Source: Octopus vulgaris
Lineage: Eukaryota
Reading direction: 5' to 3'
Assembly (NCBI GenBank): GCA_951406725.2
Contig: OX597820.1
Span: 41,912,001-41,976,000, forward strand
DNA: 64,000 bases
The translations under genes and the position numbers were made by a program. Each line of letters starts with the position of its first letter. The stretch's first letter is position 1. This document shows, one piece after another, positions 12,424 through 24,912 of the stretch. The notes under the pieces were generated by a model. That model was given only the letters and a program-made list of their open reading frames with translations, was not told where the DNA came from and searched no databases.

Positions 12424-14001
12424 TAACTCACTCAACTTATGCTTCTCTTCTGGATCATAATTTGATGAAAATTCAACAAAATAAATATATAAATGAGTGA
12501 ATAAACAAATAAATAAATAAATAACAATGAAATGGTTGATATTTGTTGTCTACTCCATCCGATTAATAATATTCTCTTTCATTTTATTTTTCTTATTTTC
12601 TTACTCGCTCTCGATATATGCGTAGGAATATAATACGTAGGCGCACGCATACACACGATTTACGTTGTTCGTGCGTATCTATGTGTATATATGTGCTTAG
12701 GTAAATATGTTTATATATATATATATATATAATAAGGGAGAGAGAGAATTATGTAAATAAATGGAAGTGCTCAGAAATATACGCAAATACATATATATGC
12801 GAGTGTATGAGAGTGCATCCCACAAACATATATACATAAATATACGCACATATATAAGTAGGTATGTATCTATATGTATGTAGATATGTATTTGTACATA
12901 TATATGTATGTATTTATATAAGGAACAATCCAAATACGTCCGCATGTATGGACACTTATGCATGCTAATATAAATCAACCAAATATATCTATGTATGTGT
13001 ATCTGCTTGCACGTGTCTGTCTCAGTGTTTGTCTGTGTGCATATATGTATGTGTGTGCGTAGGTGCATGTGTGTGTATGCTTGCGCGCACCAACGCTTGT
13101 ATGTATATGTTTGTATGCAGCAATTTGCTTCAGATCTGAAATATGTGCTTCACCGTGGATACCAATTTTGACTACATTATGTATAGTAAATTTACTTAAT
13201 GCTTTGTCAGTTTAACCCCATCCTGAATACAATTTTTGTTAATGCTAAAGATATCTCGTTGAGTGTTATAGAGCTATCGTAAATTGCTACACTTAACGTT
13301 ACATTCTACTTCCGTTCTCATTGGCACTCACTGTTCTTCCATCAACGTCTTCTAGTCGGTTAGCCAAATTTAGAACGAATACAGCAAAAGTATTGTCATT
13401 CAAGGCAACGTTCATATTGATAAGAACAACGACAACAATAGTAAAACCAATAAAAATGCGAACGAATTTATTAATCTTTGAAAGAATTATTATTTTTCCT
13501 GTCTTTTCTTTTGTTTTGATATTCTATTGTTTTAAACATGCAATTTTCATTCTCTCACTTCCTTTCTCACTTCAGTTGTTTTAAAATGTTCGTCTGTTTA
13601 AGATGTTTAGCAGATCAAAGCCATTTGCTTGGCTGAAAGCATAAATACAAAATAGGTTTTCTCCTCTTTGGCGCGTGGAAATCAATTTTCACAAGATTCT
13701 ATGCCAATATTATATCAGGCATATCAGATTAAAGCCCATGTGCCAAGCAGAATCGGGTTTGTAACTTTTTTTTCCTGAGATAATGGAGAAGACTCTTACT
13801 AGTTATCTAATACTTCGTGGCCTTTGACGCTGGGATGTATTGAAAAATCAATTGAATTTACTCTCCAGTGCCTGGCTTTTGGCTCGCAAACGATTTTCTC
13901 ACCGCCGTCAACGTTGTTTACGATTTCACTATAGCATAAAGTTGAAGTTTCAAATCCTAGTGTTGAGATATTTGCCATCAGGCACTCTGCATCACATATA
14001 T

Positions 14002-14060
<59 letters not shown>

Positions 14061-14260
14061 CCGCGTGTGTACCGTCGGCGATTTTTTTCCTCTGTCTTCC
14101 CTTCTCTGGATCTTTCCTTCTCCTATGTTTCCACCGAAGAGCTCCGCTCGAAACGTTAAACCCTCCTTCTTTCCTTCTTTCCTGAGCGTCCAATAATACT
14201 ATATTTGTTCCACGTCCTCGCGTTGTTGTGTTTTTTTGTGCTTTCTTGTTTGGATTAACT
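14061..14260 (+). mobile_element. ~200-bp TA-flanked repeat carrying a minimal hammerhead-like motif (Penelope-like, non-autonomous), copy 1
   Basis: Nearly collinear with the reverse complement of 40591-40780. Flanked by (TA)n on both sides. Confidence 0.85.
14127..14161 (+). ncRNA. Minimal type I hammerhead ribozyme remnant (CUGA core mutated)
   Basis: GTTT-CCACCGA-A-GAGC-TCC-GCTC-GAAACGTT-AAAC. Stem II, GAAA and stem I (GTTT/AAAC) are intact, and the CUGANGA box is altered. Confidence 0.55.
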
Positions 14261-14765
14261 TTATATATACATATACTTTCATGCACACATGTACATATAT
14301 GTTTACCAGGTGGAGGTGTATACAGTAGTCCTTCGGTCCAAACGGTTCTCGATTTGGACTGTTTCATTTTCCTAAGTTTTGATTTCCTTTCATCCTTTCT
14401 TGGATGAGTCAGACATTCATCTAAACCAAAGCTGAAATCAAAGCAATCTTTTTTTTCTTTTATCAATATATTTTATAAAATATCTCCAACAGGGGATATT
14501 AGTTGCTTTGAGTGAACAAGCCGATTGCTTCAGAAATGAAAATTATTATATTAAATCAAACTGGAGACATTTCACCAGAAAGTGTGAAATAGGTAAATAT
14601 AAAAGAATAGATTTTGAAAACAATTAAATGATAGAAAAACAAAGGAAAATTAGTCTAGTTATAATCAGTGGATTTTCAATACTTGTTAAAAATACATCAA
14701 ATATACATAGATAATAATTTTATAGAAACCGCAAAAAAACCTATTTGGCATAGAATATAATCCCC

Positions 14766-14808
<43 letters not shown>

Positions 14809-14816
14809 TACGTGTG

Positions 14817-14849
<33 letters not shown>

Positions 14850-14999
14850 GTGTGTGTGTGTGTGAATACTCACGTGATAATCTTATTATCCACTTTTCGA
14901 AAGATAATTGTTAAAATGTGTTTTTTGTTTTGTTTTTATTTTTTTAAGTAATATCTTTAAAATCATACCTCGACCGTTTTACATGATTTTGATTTAAAC

Positions 15000-15018
15000 A
15001 GTGACTCACTGAGTCACT
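15000..15018. promoter_or_regulatory. Perfect 19-bp palindrome made of two AP-1 (TGASTCA) sites
   Basis: AGTGACTCA-C-TGAGTCACT. Confidence 0.3.
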
Positions 15019-15631
15019 CTACCGTGTAGACAGAGGATCAATTGTATATCTATGCATAAGCGCGTGTTCACATACACATATCTACAATAACCGATGTGAA
15101 CGTACATGGTTAGTTGGCTGGCTGGCTGGCTGGCTGGTTGGTTGTTTGGTTTATTCTCCGTCATGCTTTATATATTATAGAAAGGCGGAGAGAGGAGAAG
15201 TGAGAGTACAAAAAGAAATGCAGAGTGAGGAAAGCACATACTTGGCTTGCAGGCAGGCAACGAGTCAAGAAGGGGTACAACATACGTGCATTGTGAGAGA
15301 AAAATAGCTATAGAAATAGAGATGGTGTAGGAAAGGGAGTGTATATATATATATATATACGCAGAGGGAGAGAGGGAGAAAGAGTGAACAGAAAGACAGG
15401 ATGAGTTGTGTATAATGTATCAAGATTTTTAATGTAGACATGTATACTTTTCTGATTGAAACCTATGCTTTATGAGAATAAACATTTTAATAAACATATA
15501 CAAATATTTTGATTTTTGCTTTGTCGAATATTTGACTTCTCTAAGAGTCTAGCTGTTAAGCGATCGAATCAACAAATGTTTCTTAAATTTGAGCATGTTT
15601 GTCTATCTCTCTATCTGTCTGTACCCCCCCC

Positions 15632-15681
<50 letters not shown>

Positions 15682-17142
15682 GGTGTAGATTTGGTAAAGC
15701 ATCGGCTGATAGTATTTTAAAGAAGTAAAAATTAGAACTTGTATTCTTACGAATATTTTGGATTTTTCTGTAAATTAATTCCACTTGCTAGGTCTGGCGA
15801 AAGTGATATGATGCAGCCAATACTAATGCCGCGTGTAATTTTGAAAATATTTTTATACATAGAAACATTTTGTATATATACAAATTTTTAATAGATATAC
15901 CGCGAAATATAACATTTAATTCTTTTGCTGAGAAATAACTTGCTCTACTCGAAGATTTATCATAGTCATATTGGAAAGACATATGGGATTATTTGGAAGT
16001 GCATGGATTTTATCTCAACTGTATGGGTAATACATTCGACACACATCTTGATGATCAATTTTGGGGTCAGGTTTGCTCCTAACCTACAGCATTGTGCGCG
16101 CACGCCAGTGGTTTGCATTGTGATTTTCCGGGTTGGTAATTGTTATGGATTTTACAAAAACAATATTTAATACGTATACAATACATTACAATGTGTTCGC
16201 CATAGGTTTAATAGCCAGAAGTATTTTCATATCTATGTCGTATATGACTTGTTTTACTTTTACAAAATTTTACGTATGCAACTCTGTGTGTGTGTCTGTG
16301 TCCGCGCGCGCGTTACTTTGGCTTAAGAAAGTGCTGCGTATTAAGCGGAGTAACGGACTAGTAGCCTCAAAATTTTTGGGCGAATATTCTTTTTCAACTG
16401 GTAATACAGTCTTACATTTTATACTTGCCGTATTATTTTCGCACACATATCCTACTAAAACTGAACCTCAAATTCACAGTCGTTACTTTCAGGCGTACAT
16501 ATCTCCGAGTGGAAGTATCAAAGTAGTCTAAAATATCCATTTTTGTTCTCTAACAAAAGGTTAAATGATCATAGGAATTGCGCAGCTAAATTTCTTAACA
16601 TGAAAACAGTAAAATGAAAATGCGGACGTATGTAAATTTAATAATTAGAAAGAAGGGAAATGTTTAAAATTCAGAATATTTTGCAGTGGTAAGGGAATTA
16701 GAAATAAAAGTCTCTAAAACAAACGAAAATATAATACAATGCATTACAAACATTTCGACGTCTAGCTTTGGAATGCGACGGTTCTTTCTTTCTTTCTTTC
16801 TTTTTCCCTTTTATTTATTTATTTATTTATTGAAAAATGAATGAATGAATGAATAAATAAACGAAAAAATAGAGTAATAAAAATACGACTAAGAATTCAA
16901 AAATTCAAAATTTGTGAAAATTCAAGAAAATAAATAATAAATTAATTAATTACTCATGATTAAGATCATTTAAAATTCTGCCAGAGATACAAAATAGTTG
17001 GTGCAGAGTTGTAATAGTTTGGTTGTAACAATTTCCCGGGAAAATTGTAACAGAGTAGCTCAGTGGTAATTTGGGATTTGAAAACGTGGTAGTAGGTTTT
17101 GTTTAAGTAGGGGGAAGCCTACGATATATCTACATGTAATTT

Positions 17143-17310
17143 TACGCCCCCCTTTACCTTCTGAGTTCAAAATCCGCCGAAGTCGATTTTTTTTATGCCT
17201 TTCATGTTTTCGGGGTCGATTGAATAAAAGTACCTGTCAAGTATTGAGACCTACTGAAATGACATCTCCATCCTCATAAATTCCAGGCCTTATGCTTATA
17301 GTAAAAATGA
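17143..17310 (+). mobile_element. Nin/Deu-domain SINE, degenerate
   Basis: TTCTGAGTTCAAAATCCGCCGAAGTCGA...GCCTTTCATGTTTTCGGGGTCGAT...AGTACC...GGCCTTATGC...GATTATTAT. Confidence 0.8.
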
Positions 17311-19244
17311 TTATTATAGTCTTTCTCAAAGACACTAGCGTATGCAACATACTTATGCATAGGTGTGTGTACACATGCAAACACTCATATATGCACAGAC
17401 ACACACACATGCCCGCTTGCATGTATACATAAAGTACACACGCGTGTACAAATACAACCGCGTATACTCACATATTCACTCTAACAATTTATATGCGCGT
17501 ATGTATAATCACACATGCATACATTCATTTATTATCCGAAGAAAAATATATAGGCTTATATGAATACGAATGCAAACGTATATACACACATACGCATACA
17601 TTATGAAATGCACGAACGAACACAGCATGACACGACCATGAGCCAAAGTTGTGTGCCACGATCTTCGATCTGAAATGTTCTAACGGGTTAGAATCGGCGT
17701 TCACATATTGTGTGACACTGTTTGGCCAAGCATGCGTGCCTAGTTCCATTGACTGCACTGGAAGCTGTGATTTTGTTGTATTTGTTTACCATTTGTTTTT
17801 ACCATCCCAGTTCTCACCCACTTCGCCAGAACTAGACCCATCACTAGCATCACCACCCACATCAGATCAACACCATCAGCACGAGATGCACCACGTTTCA
17901 TGCTCATTATGATCAGTAGCATCTCACTTGTTCTCTTTCGTCCGGCCATTGAATTGCAACTTACTTGGCAAGCAACTACATATTGCGCCAGATCTTACTT
18001 TCTCTTTTATTTTGATTCATTCTCTCTCTCTTTGTTTCTCTATGTACGTGCAGGAGACTCATTTCCTTTTTTTTTTTATCAACAATGTCAACCACATTCC
18101 ACAACCCACCACTTATCTCTCTCTCTCTTCTACTTTCTCTTTTTTCTCTCTCTCTTCCACTTCCTCTTTCCTCTCTCTCTCTTACTTTCTCTTTGTGCAT
18201 CCACCTTTATATGTGTGTGTATGTGTGTATTTCTCATTTTCCCTTTCTATCAATACCATCAAACACATTCCACCACCCATGATCATAGCACAGCAGTGCC
18301 ACTACCGGCTTCATTCCAGCATTCCCAAACCCCGCGATTCCACCACCGCAGTCCAGCCCCCTCTCACTACCCAATCACAATTGCTACAGAATTATCATCG
18401 TAAGTGTTATATCATGTTACATGATGGTATCGTTGATACCGTCGATTTCAACTATTTCTAATGTCCCAAGCGACCCTTTGGTAACTGAAATCAGATTGAT
18501 GCAAAACCATTTGCAAGGAGAAACAAGTTCGTTTGCGTCCCGAGACAAGTAATTATTTTCACACTGATATAGGTGCTTGCACGAATGGAGACATTTTGCT
18601 TTTAATTGTGTCCCAGTACTGCCTTTCCCTTTGTTGGCTACAAGTTCCGATTTGCCAGTAATACATTTATGTATTTATTCTGTTATTTATTGGTTTATAT
18701 AGTTATTTTTCGCTGTAATTTTCTATATACATTATCTTCGCTACGCATATTCAATATACATTCAATCTATGTTTCAGTTGTGTTATACCTAATTACTTTT
18801 TTTTGTTGTTTGCTTTCTTTCTTGTTAAAGCTTTTATGGTATTGATAGGGTGATTGCCCTGACTATGTACTGTGTGAGTTGTTACTAAGGTGAAAGTATC
18901 TTGTGTAGAATATCTACCGGATTTAGTATGGTGAACGTTTCGTTATCTTCGTGTGTCTTTTATTTATTTTCTTTATTTGTAGTTTTGTGTGAGCATGTGT
19001 GAATTGCTTTTACCTTTGTGGCTGAGTACGAATAGATCTTGAGTGCTGAGATAACAGAATAACAAGTGGTCGCGTGGTTTCTATATAAATATGCAAGTTC
19101 TGAGCTGTAGCCCATTGTGTGGGGGGGGAGAGAAAAATAATGCTATTAGGCTGGAGTTGTAGATCATGATGTCCGTCTATTATACGTACAGGAATATGAG
19201 CTAGGAGCAGATTTTCTACGGAGTGTAGTTGAAAAGAAGGAGGA

Positions 19245-19357
19245 GAAGAAGAAGAAGAAGAAGAAGAAGAAGAAGAAGAAGAAGAAGAAGAAGAAGAAGA
19301 AGAAGAAGAAGAAGAAGAAGAAGAAGAAGAAGAAGAAGAAGAAGAAGAAGAAGAAGA
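19245..19357. repeat. (GAA)n microsatellite
   Basis: Directly visible, pure array. Confidence 0.97.
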
Positions 19358-20038
19358 GATTGAATGAAATTATGAATGAATGAAGGAATGAAAGTGATAC
19401 GCAACAACAGAAGGGACAGTAGCACGAATATGAACAAGCCCTAAAAACTGCTATTTCTTGCACATAAAGGTCGCAGCTTCGATGGTAACCAAAAAAATAA
19501 CTTATTCCTGAATACCATACCAGGGTTCAATGACCAAGAGTCATATACTTCCAGGGCCGTTCCATCCTATTGCAACGAGCGGAAGCGAATGAAGAAAGAG
19601 GTAATGAGTTGGGTAATGTAGGAAAAATAGAATAAACAATACAAATAAATAAAGAAAAGAAAAACAAACGCTAGGATGGGCTGAAAACAAAAGTCATGGC
19701 TCTGAATTATTAAAGAAGAGCTGATAGAATGTCTAAACGGCCTGAACAAGGATACGGGGGTGACGTACTTATTAAGTCAGTTTTGTGGTAATTAGACTGA
19801 CGGTGAACAACTAAACAAATAATCTATTGAGAAATCCACATGAGCTAATCTGAAGACGTAAAAGAATTCGACATCCTATACCGAAATTGCTTACAACCTC
19901 TTTTAGAAGTCCTAGGTTGTGGTATCCGAAATGAAAGATGGTCGAGTTGAGAGAAAGGAATGCTAAACTATCCTAGGTGACTGCATTTTATGTGTACATA
20001 GGTTATCAAGAAAAGCTTTAAGATTATTTTTCTTGTAG

Positions 20039-20075
20039 AGTCCGGAGGAAGTTACATTGCCTATAACCTTTGCAG
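20039..20075 (+). other. Candidate 37-nt spliced micro-exon
   Basis: Acceptor ATTATTTTTCTTGTAG ends at 20038 and donor CAG|GTGAGT starts at 20076. Two frames are open (SPEEVTLPITFA; SGGSYIAYNLC). Confidence 0.35.
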
Positions 20076-21569
20076 GTGAGTCTGATGCCGTTAATGCTTC
20101 CTGAAAACCCGCATGAAAGACATTAGTAGAGAAAACATTTTCGAGGTCAAATTTTCTGGAGAGAAAACTGGGAATAAAGGATAATATGGGGCCGTAGTGT
20201 GGACGGACGAGAAGTGATAGGAGGTGGAAAGATGAGTATTTATTTATATATTTATTTATTTACTTGCTTGAGGGATGGAATATCCTAACCAACAATCTCG
20301 AGGAACAGAAGCCTGTATTGTAGTGATAGAAAAGTCGAAAGAAACAGCATGCATGTTAGGAAAAGCTTGATGGTGGTACAACGGTGATAGACCTCCTATC
20401 AGACAAGTGGTCCTTTTCTGGATGTAGTCCACGATGTAAATGTGAATGGCAGCAGCAGTTTTCCAGATATTGGAACAGTACTTCGCCTTTTCTTTCAACT
20501 TCGCAACAGCTTAATAGTCTTTGCGAAGTAGTCGTAACTATTATAAAGATGCGCTCTTGTCAATTTTATTTCTAATTATAATCATTTGTGTATCTTATCA
20601 AATTTTAAAGTATATTGTATGACGGTCATGGCTCCACGCCTTTTTTTTCTATAAACATTTTTCGACATCCCCTCGCGTTTATAACATCCAATTTTTATAT
20701 ATAACATTTTTATATGAATGTATAGTCTTGGTAAAAAATAATGTAAATATATTATTATTGTAAGAATAGTAGCAGGTAAGATGACTGGAGTGAGGGACAC
20801 ACTGTCTTATGCTATTTGCTTAATATAAATTTTTCAAAGCCTCTGAATTCAAATGCAGTTGAGATTAAGTTCGCTGTTTGTCCTTATTATGCCAATGTTA
20901 GAAATAATTATTTCCAAGATTATTTAGCGATGTTATTGCTTGTTCTTTATTACACTTCTCATTAAAAAAAAACTTTTTGTAATAAAATTAGATATTTTTC
21001 GGTTCCCAACTTAATTGCAGGGTCAGCGTAACCTTATCACAGTTTTCTACCAACTCCATAACACATACCAAAGAAAAATCCCTACCTAACCCATCGCCAA
21101 AACAACTGATTAATGAAAGGAAGAAAAGTAAAAGAAAACAAGCGCACAAAAAAACCCCAATTCACTCACACACAAACACACTCCCAGCCATATTCATGAA
21201 TACAGATCTTCTAAGAACTTGCAATTAAATCGCTGACTTGGAACATATGTCAAGTGCATACATACATACATACATGAATACATACATGCATGCATACATA
21301 CATGCATACATACAATCAGACACACACAAACACACAGTCGCACGCAAATACACACGCACACAACTGAAAGAAGAAACCGATATGGGTACCAATACGCAGC
21401 TACTCGATAAAATAGAGATAGCAACCAAGTTCTCTAATCATATCGCAGTGTCTTTAGTTAATTAATGCAGCCTTAAATATTCGTAAAGAGAGAATGGTTC
21501 CCGTTGGAGGACACATTTTCACATACTTCTGCGAAATACAGTCTGAGCTGGGGGTAAAAAACCAGGAAT

Positions 21570-21570
<1 letters not shown>

Positions 21571-21612
<42 letters not shown>

Positions 21613-21719
21613 CCATCATAATCATCATCATTATCATTATCATCATGATCATCATGATCATCATGATCATCATCAACATCATCATCATGATCATGATCAT
21701 GATCATCGTCGTCGTCATT

Positions 21720-21770
<51 letters not shown>

Positions 21771-21846
21771 GTCATCATCATTATCATCATCATCATCATC
21801 ATCACCATCTTCATCATCGTCATCGTCGTCGTCATCACCACCATCG

Positions 21847-21894
<48 letters not shown>
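21571..21894. repeat. (CAT)n microsatellite with GAT/CGT/TAT variants
   Basis: Directly visible. Source of the poly-H/D/M/I ORFs. Confidence 0.95.
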
Positions 21895-21895
<1 letters not shown>

Positions 21896-22523
21896 ACACG
21901 ACAATGACATTATAGCAGCAACGAACGAAGCCTGAAAGTATTCTTTATGTTGCTCTCCACGCTTGCCTCTGTATCATTTATTGAGTCTTTGCTATCACTG
22001 TTAGCGATCTCCTTTGTCATTAACATAATAGTAAATATGTTCTTTGTCTTGTTCTAGTCTCAGCCTATTTATTTTTCTCAATATGGTGATAATCGGCGAT
22101 ATTTCCACGCCTGTGAACTAGGAGGTGGTCTTTATCTACGTATTGACAGTTCTCTCTATTGATATGTTTATTATATTATATTCGTTAAGGCAGTAGTGGT
22201 GGGATACATGGTTGTAGAAAGGAGTTGAGAAGATAAGGAAACGAAAAGCTATCCTGAGCAAGGAAAGAGACACAGCATTAGATAGAGAGACAGATATAAA
22301 CACATAAATACTGAGATAGCGAGAGAGGAAAGAATTTGCGAGGAAAGGGGCAGTAAGTAAACACTGGCATAAGTATCATTTGAGGGCCATAAGTCTTTTA
22401 ATATTTGCCGTGAGGATACAAGAGATAAACACCTACATAGAAACTGCTTGAGACTGGGCGGAGTACTAACGAAAATTTCGAGCAGCAGCAACAACAACAG
22501 TAGCAGCAGCAGCAGTAGCAGTT

Positions 22524-22590
<67 letters not shown>
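22524..22590. repeat. (GTA)n microsatellite
   Basis: Directly visible. Confidence 0.95.
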
Positions 22591-22591
<1 letters not shown>

Positions 22592-22941
22592 TATAGATGA
22601 ATATTTGAGTGTCACATCCTGGGAAAGAGGAATTTCTAAAGTCCAGAATATATAGAAATTTATATCAAAGATTAAAAGTAACGCTAAAATTTGACCATGA
22701 AGCAAATGAATAAATCAAACAATAAACAAATGAATGAAAGAAAAGGGATTATGAAGAGTGATAAACAGACGATATCTGTTAATTCTTACACATATAGAAA
22801 CACGAACATAACCATATTGTTCCCCCACCCCACTCACTATCTCTGTCTCTATATAGACTCATATATATATATATCTTATAATCTACCTCTGTATCTCTTT
22901 CTATCCCTCTGTAGACACAAACACACACACACAAACACACA

Positions 22942-22988
<47 letters not shown>

Positions 22989-24599
22989 CATATATATATG
23001 TGTGTGTGAGTGTGTGTGTGTGTATGTATACATACATGCACACATATATAACCGACATAGACACATTCACAGAGAGAGAGAGAGGGTGGGAAAGAGTGCG
23101 TGAGAGAGACGGGAAGAAAGAGCAGGAGAGAAGGAACACCAGTAAACAAACAACCATATACATATCCATTTCTCTATACACGTATAAGTGTATGCATGTA
23201 CAAATTCATTCCTATAACATGGTCACACATCTCAAGCTATACACAAAATCATAATCATAAATTGTACGCTCACTCACACATTCAACGTTATATCCGTCCA
23301 TATACATCCACACACTAACACACACACACACACACATAGAAATTCAGATAAACGCATAGACACATATTGACAAACTCCACATAAACTAGAGATTTGTATA
23401 AACAGGGAATACTGCGATGCTTATCACATAGAAAATGCAAAGATAACGGTAGGAGGATATAGCGAAAACCCATTAAACTGTAGGGAAATCCAGAGAAATA
23501 GAAGACTTCCTTCACACTGCCATATTTTCATATGCAAGTCGCATACATATATTTCATACATTAGGGAATTCGATGGAGAGAGACCAGATGAACGAATAAC
23601 GTTCTGAGATGAAATTTTCTATCATCATACATACGCGCGTACGCTCACGCACACCCTCTCCACAACGTATATATTTATTCATACATACATAACTGCCATT
23701 ATGGAAAGAAAGCAGATAAGTATGAGTATATATTATCTTTTGGGAATTTCATACACAGGGAGTATGATATAACGTTAAGAATATTGAAAGGTTCAATAAA
23801 CAAGAAATGCCTTTATGATTATAATACATACATGCAGACATACATATATAGGCGTGCATGTGTGTGTGTGCGTGTGTGTGTGTACACACGTCTGTGTACA
23901 CATATATGTACATATATGTGTAAATGTGAGCGAGTGTGCATTTACGTGCATGAATGCGTGCTTGTTGATCTTTGTCTATATATGACTGAGTATATGTTTG
24001 TGAGTATGATATTGTTTAACCCCAGAGTAGATCTGATCAAGCACAACAATGATGAAAGGTGTTCAGTCGTTCTGTTTCCGGCAGAGTACCTTGGACTACA
24101 TTATGTCAATGACTAGATTTAATTCGAGGGCAATTTGACCTCTGTTTCGAGCTATTTAGCACAAACATATAAGTAGCATGCAAACATAATTTGGGATTAA
24201 GCATGATGTCGCGTATTGCTTTAAAATAGTTTCCTTCATTAACATCCTTAATAATCGAGGGATTCCTAGTTAACATATTACGCTGATTTAGCGAAGAATG
24301 TAACGTAGCGGGTGAGACTAAAATACCAAGATATTTATTCTCTATGCCTCTTATATACAACATAAATATTCATGTGTATACATGTACCAAATAGGGGAAG
24401 TCCCGTATAAGTTCTCGACCTACCAGAAATTCAGTCTTCACCCCCTCGATTGATCCTTTACTATCCTAGACAAAAAAAAAAAAAACACGTCGGAGAATGA
24501 AGTCCTATATAAACAAAAACCATGTCTAGGATTCTTCCAATTATAGTTCTGCTCGGATTTGGTTGACAACAACAGCTCTTCAGATGGAAATCCATTGTA

Positions 24600-24912
24600 C
24601 CCACTTTCTCACAGCTACCGCATCCTTGTCATTATATCCTTGTTACAGAAGAAAGTTCTTCATTGGACCGAACAGGAGGAAGTCGAGTACGTGGTTTGTT
24701 GGCAAAAATATGAATGGTTACTCATTTTCATGATGAATATGAATAATTTTCAGTCTCTTGTTCGGTCCTTTCACCAGATACAGCTCGCTGTTCACGGTGC
24801 AGATACATTCCAGATATTCAAGGAGAATGACGTTCTTGTCATCGTCAAAAATATTCCCCTTACCTTCCTATGACGATCGCTGGATCTTGAATGTTTTAGG
24901 ATTTGGAGAACG
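24600..24912 (-). mobile_element. Degenerate mariner (DD34D-type) transposase fragment
   Basis: Minus strand reads SPNPKTFKIQRSS...IFDDDKNVILLEYLECICTVNSELY...IIHIHHENE*P...DFLLFGPMKNFL. This matches the mariner motifs SPxPKKFK, FWDxKGVILxxxL, TVNSxxY, LLHHDNARPH and DFHLFGPMK, with stops and deletions. Confidence 0.8.

Noticed and set aside
20199-20225. miR-184-like sequence TGGACGGACGAGAAGTGATAGG
   Set aside because: Only a partial match with an insertion and no complementary arm nearby.
21473-21935. Poly-His, poly-Asp, poly-Met and poly-Ile ORFs
   Set aside because: All come from one (CAT)n microsatellite open in multiple frames, with no supported splice context.
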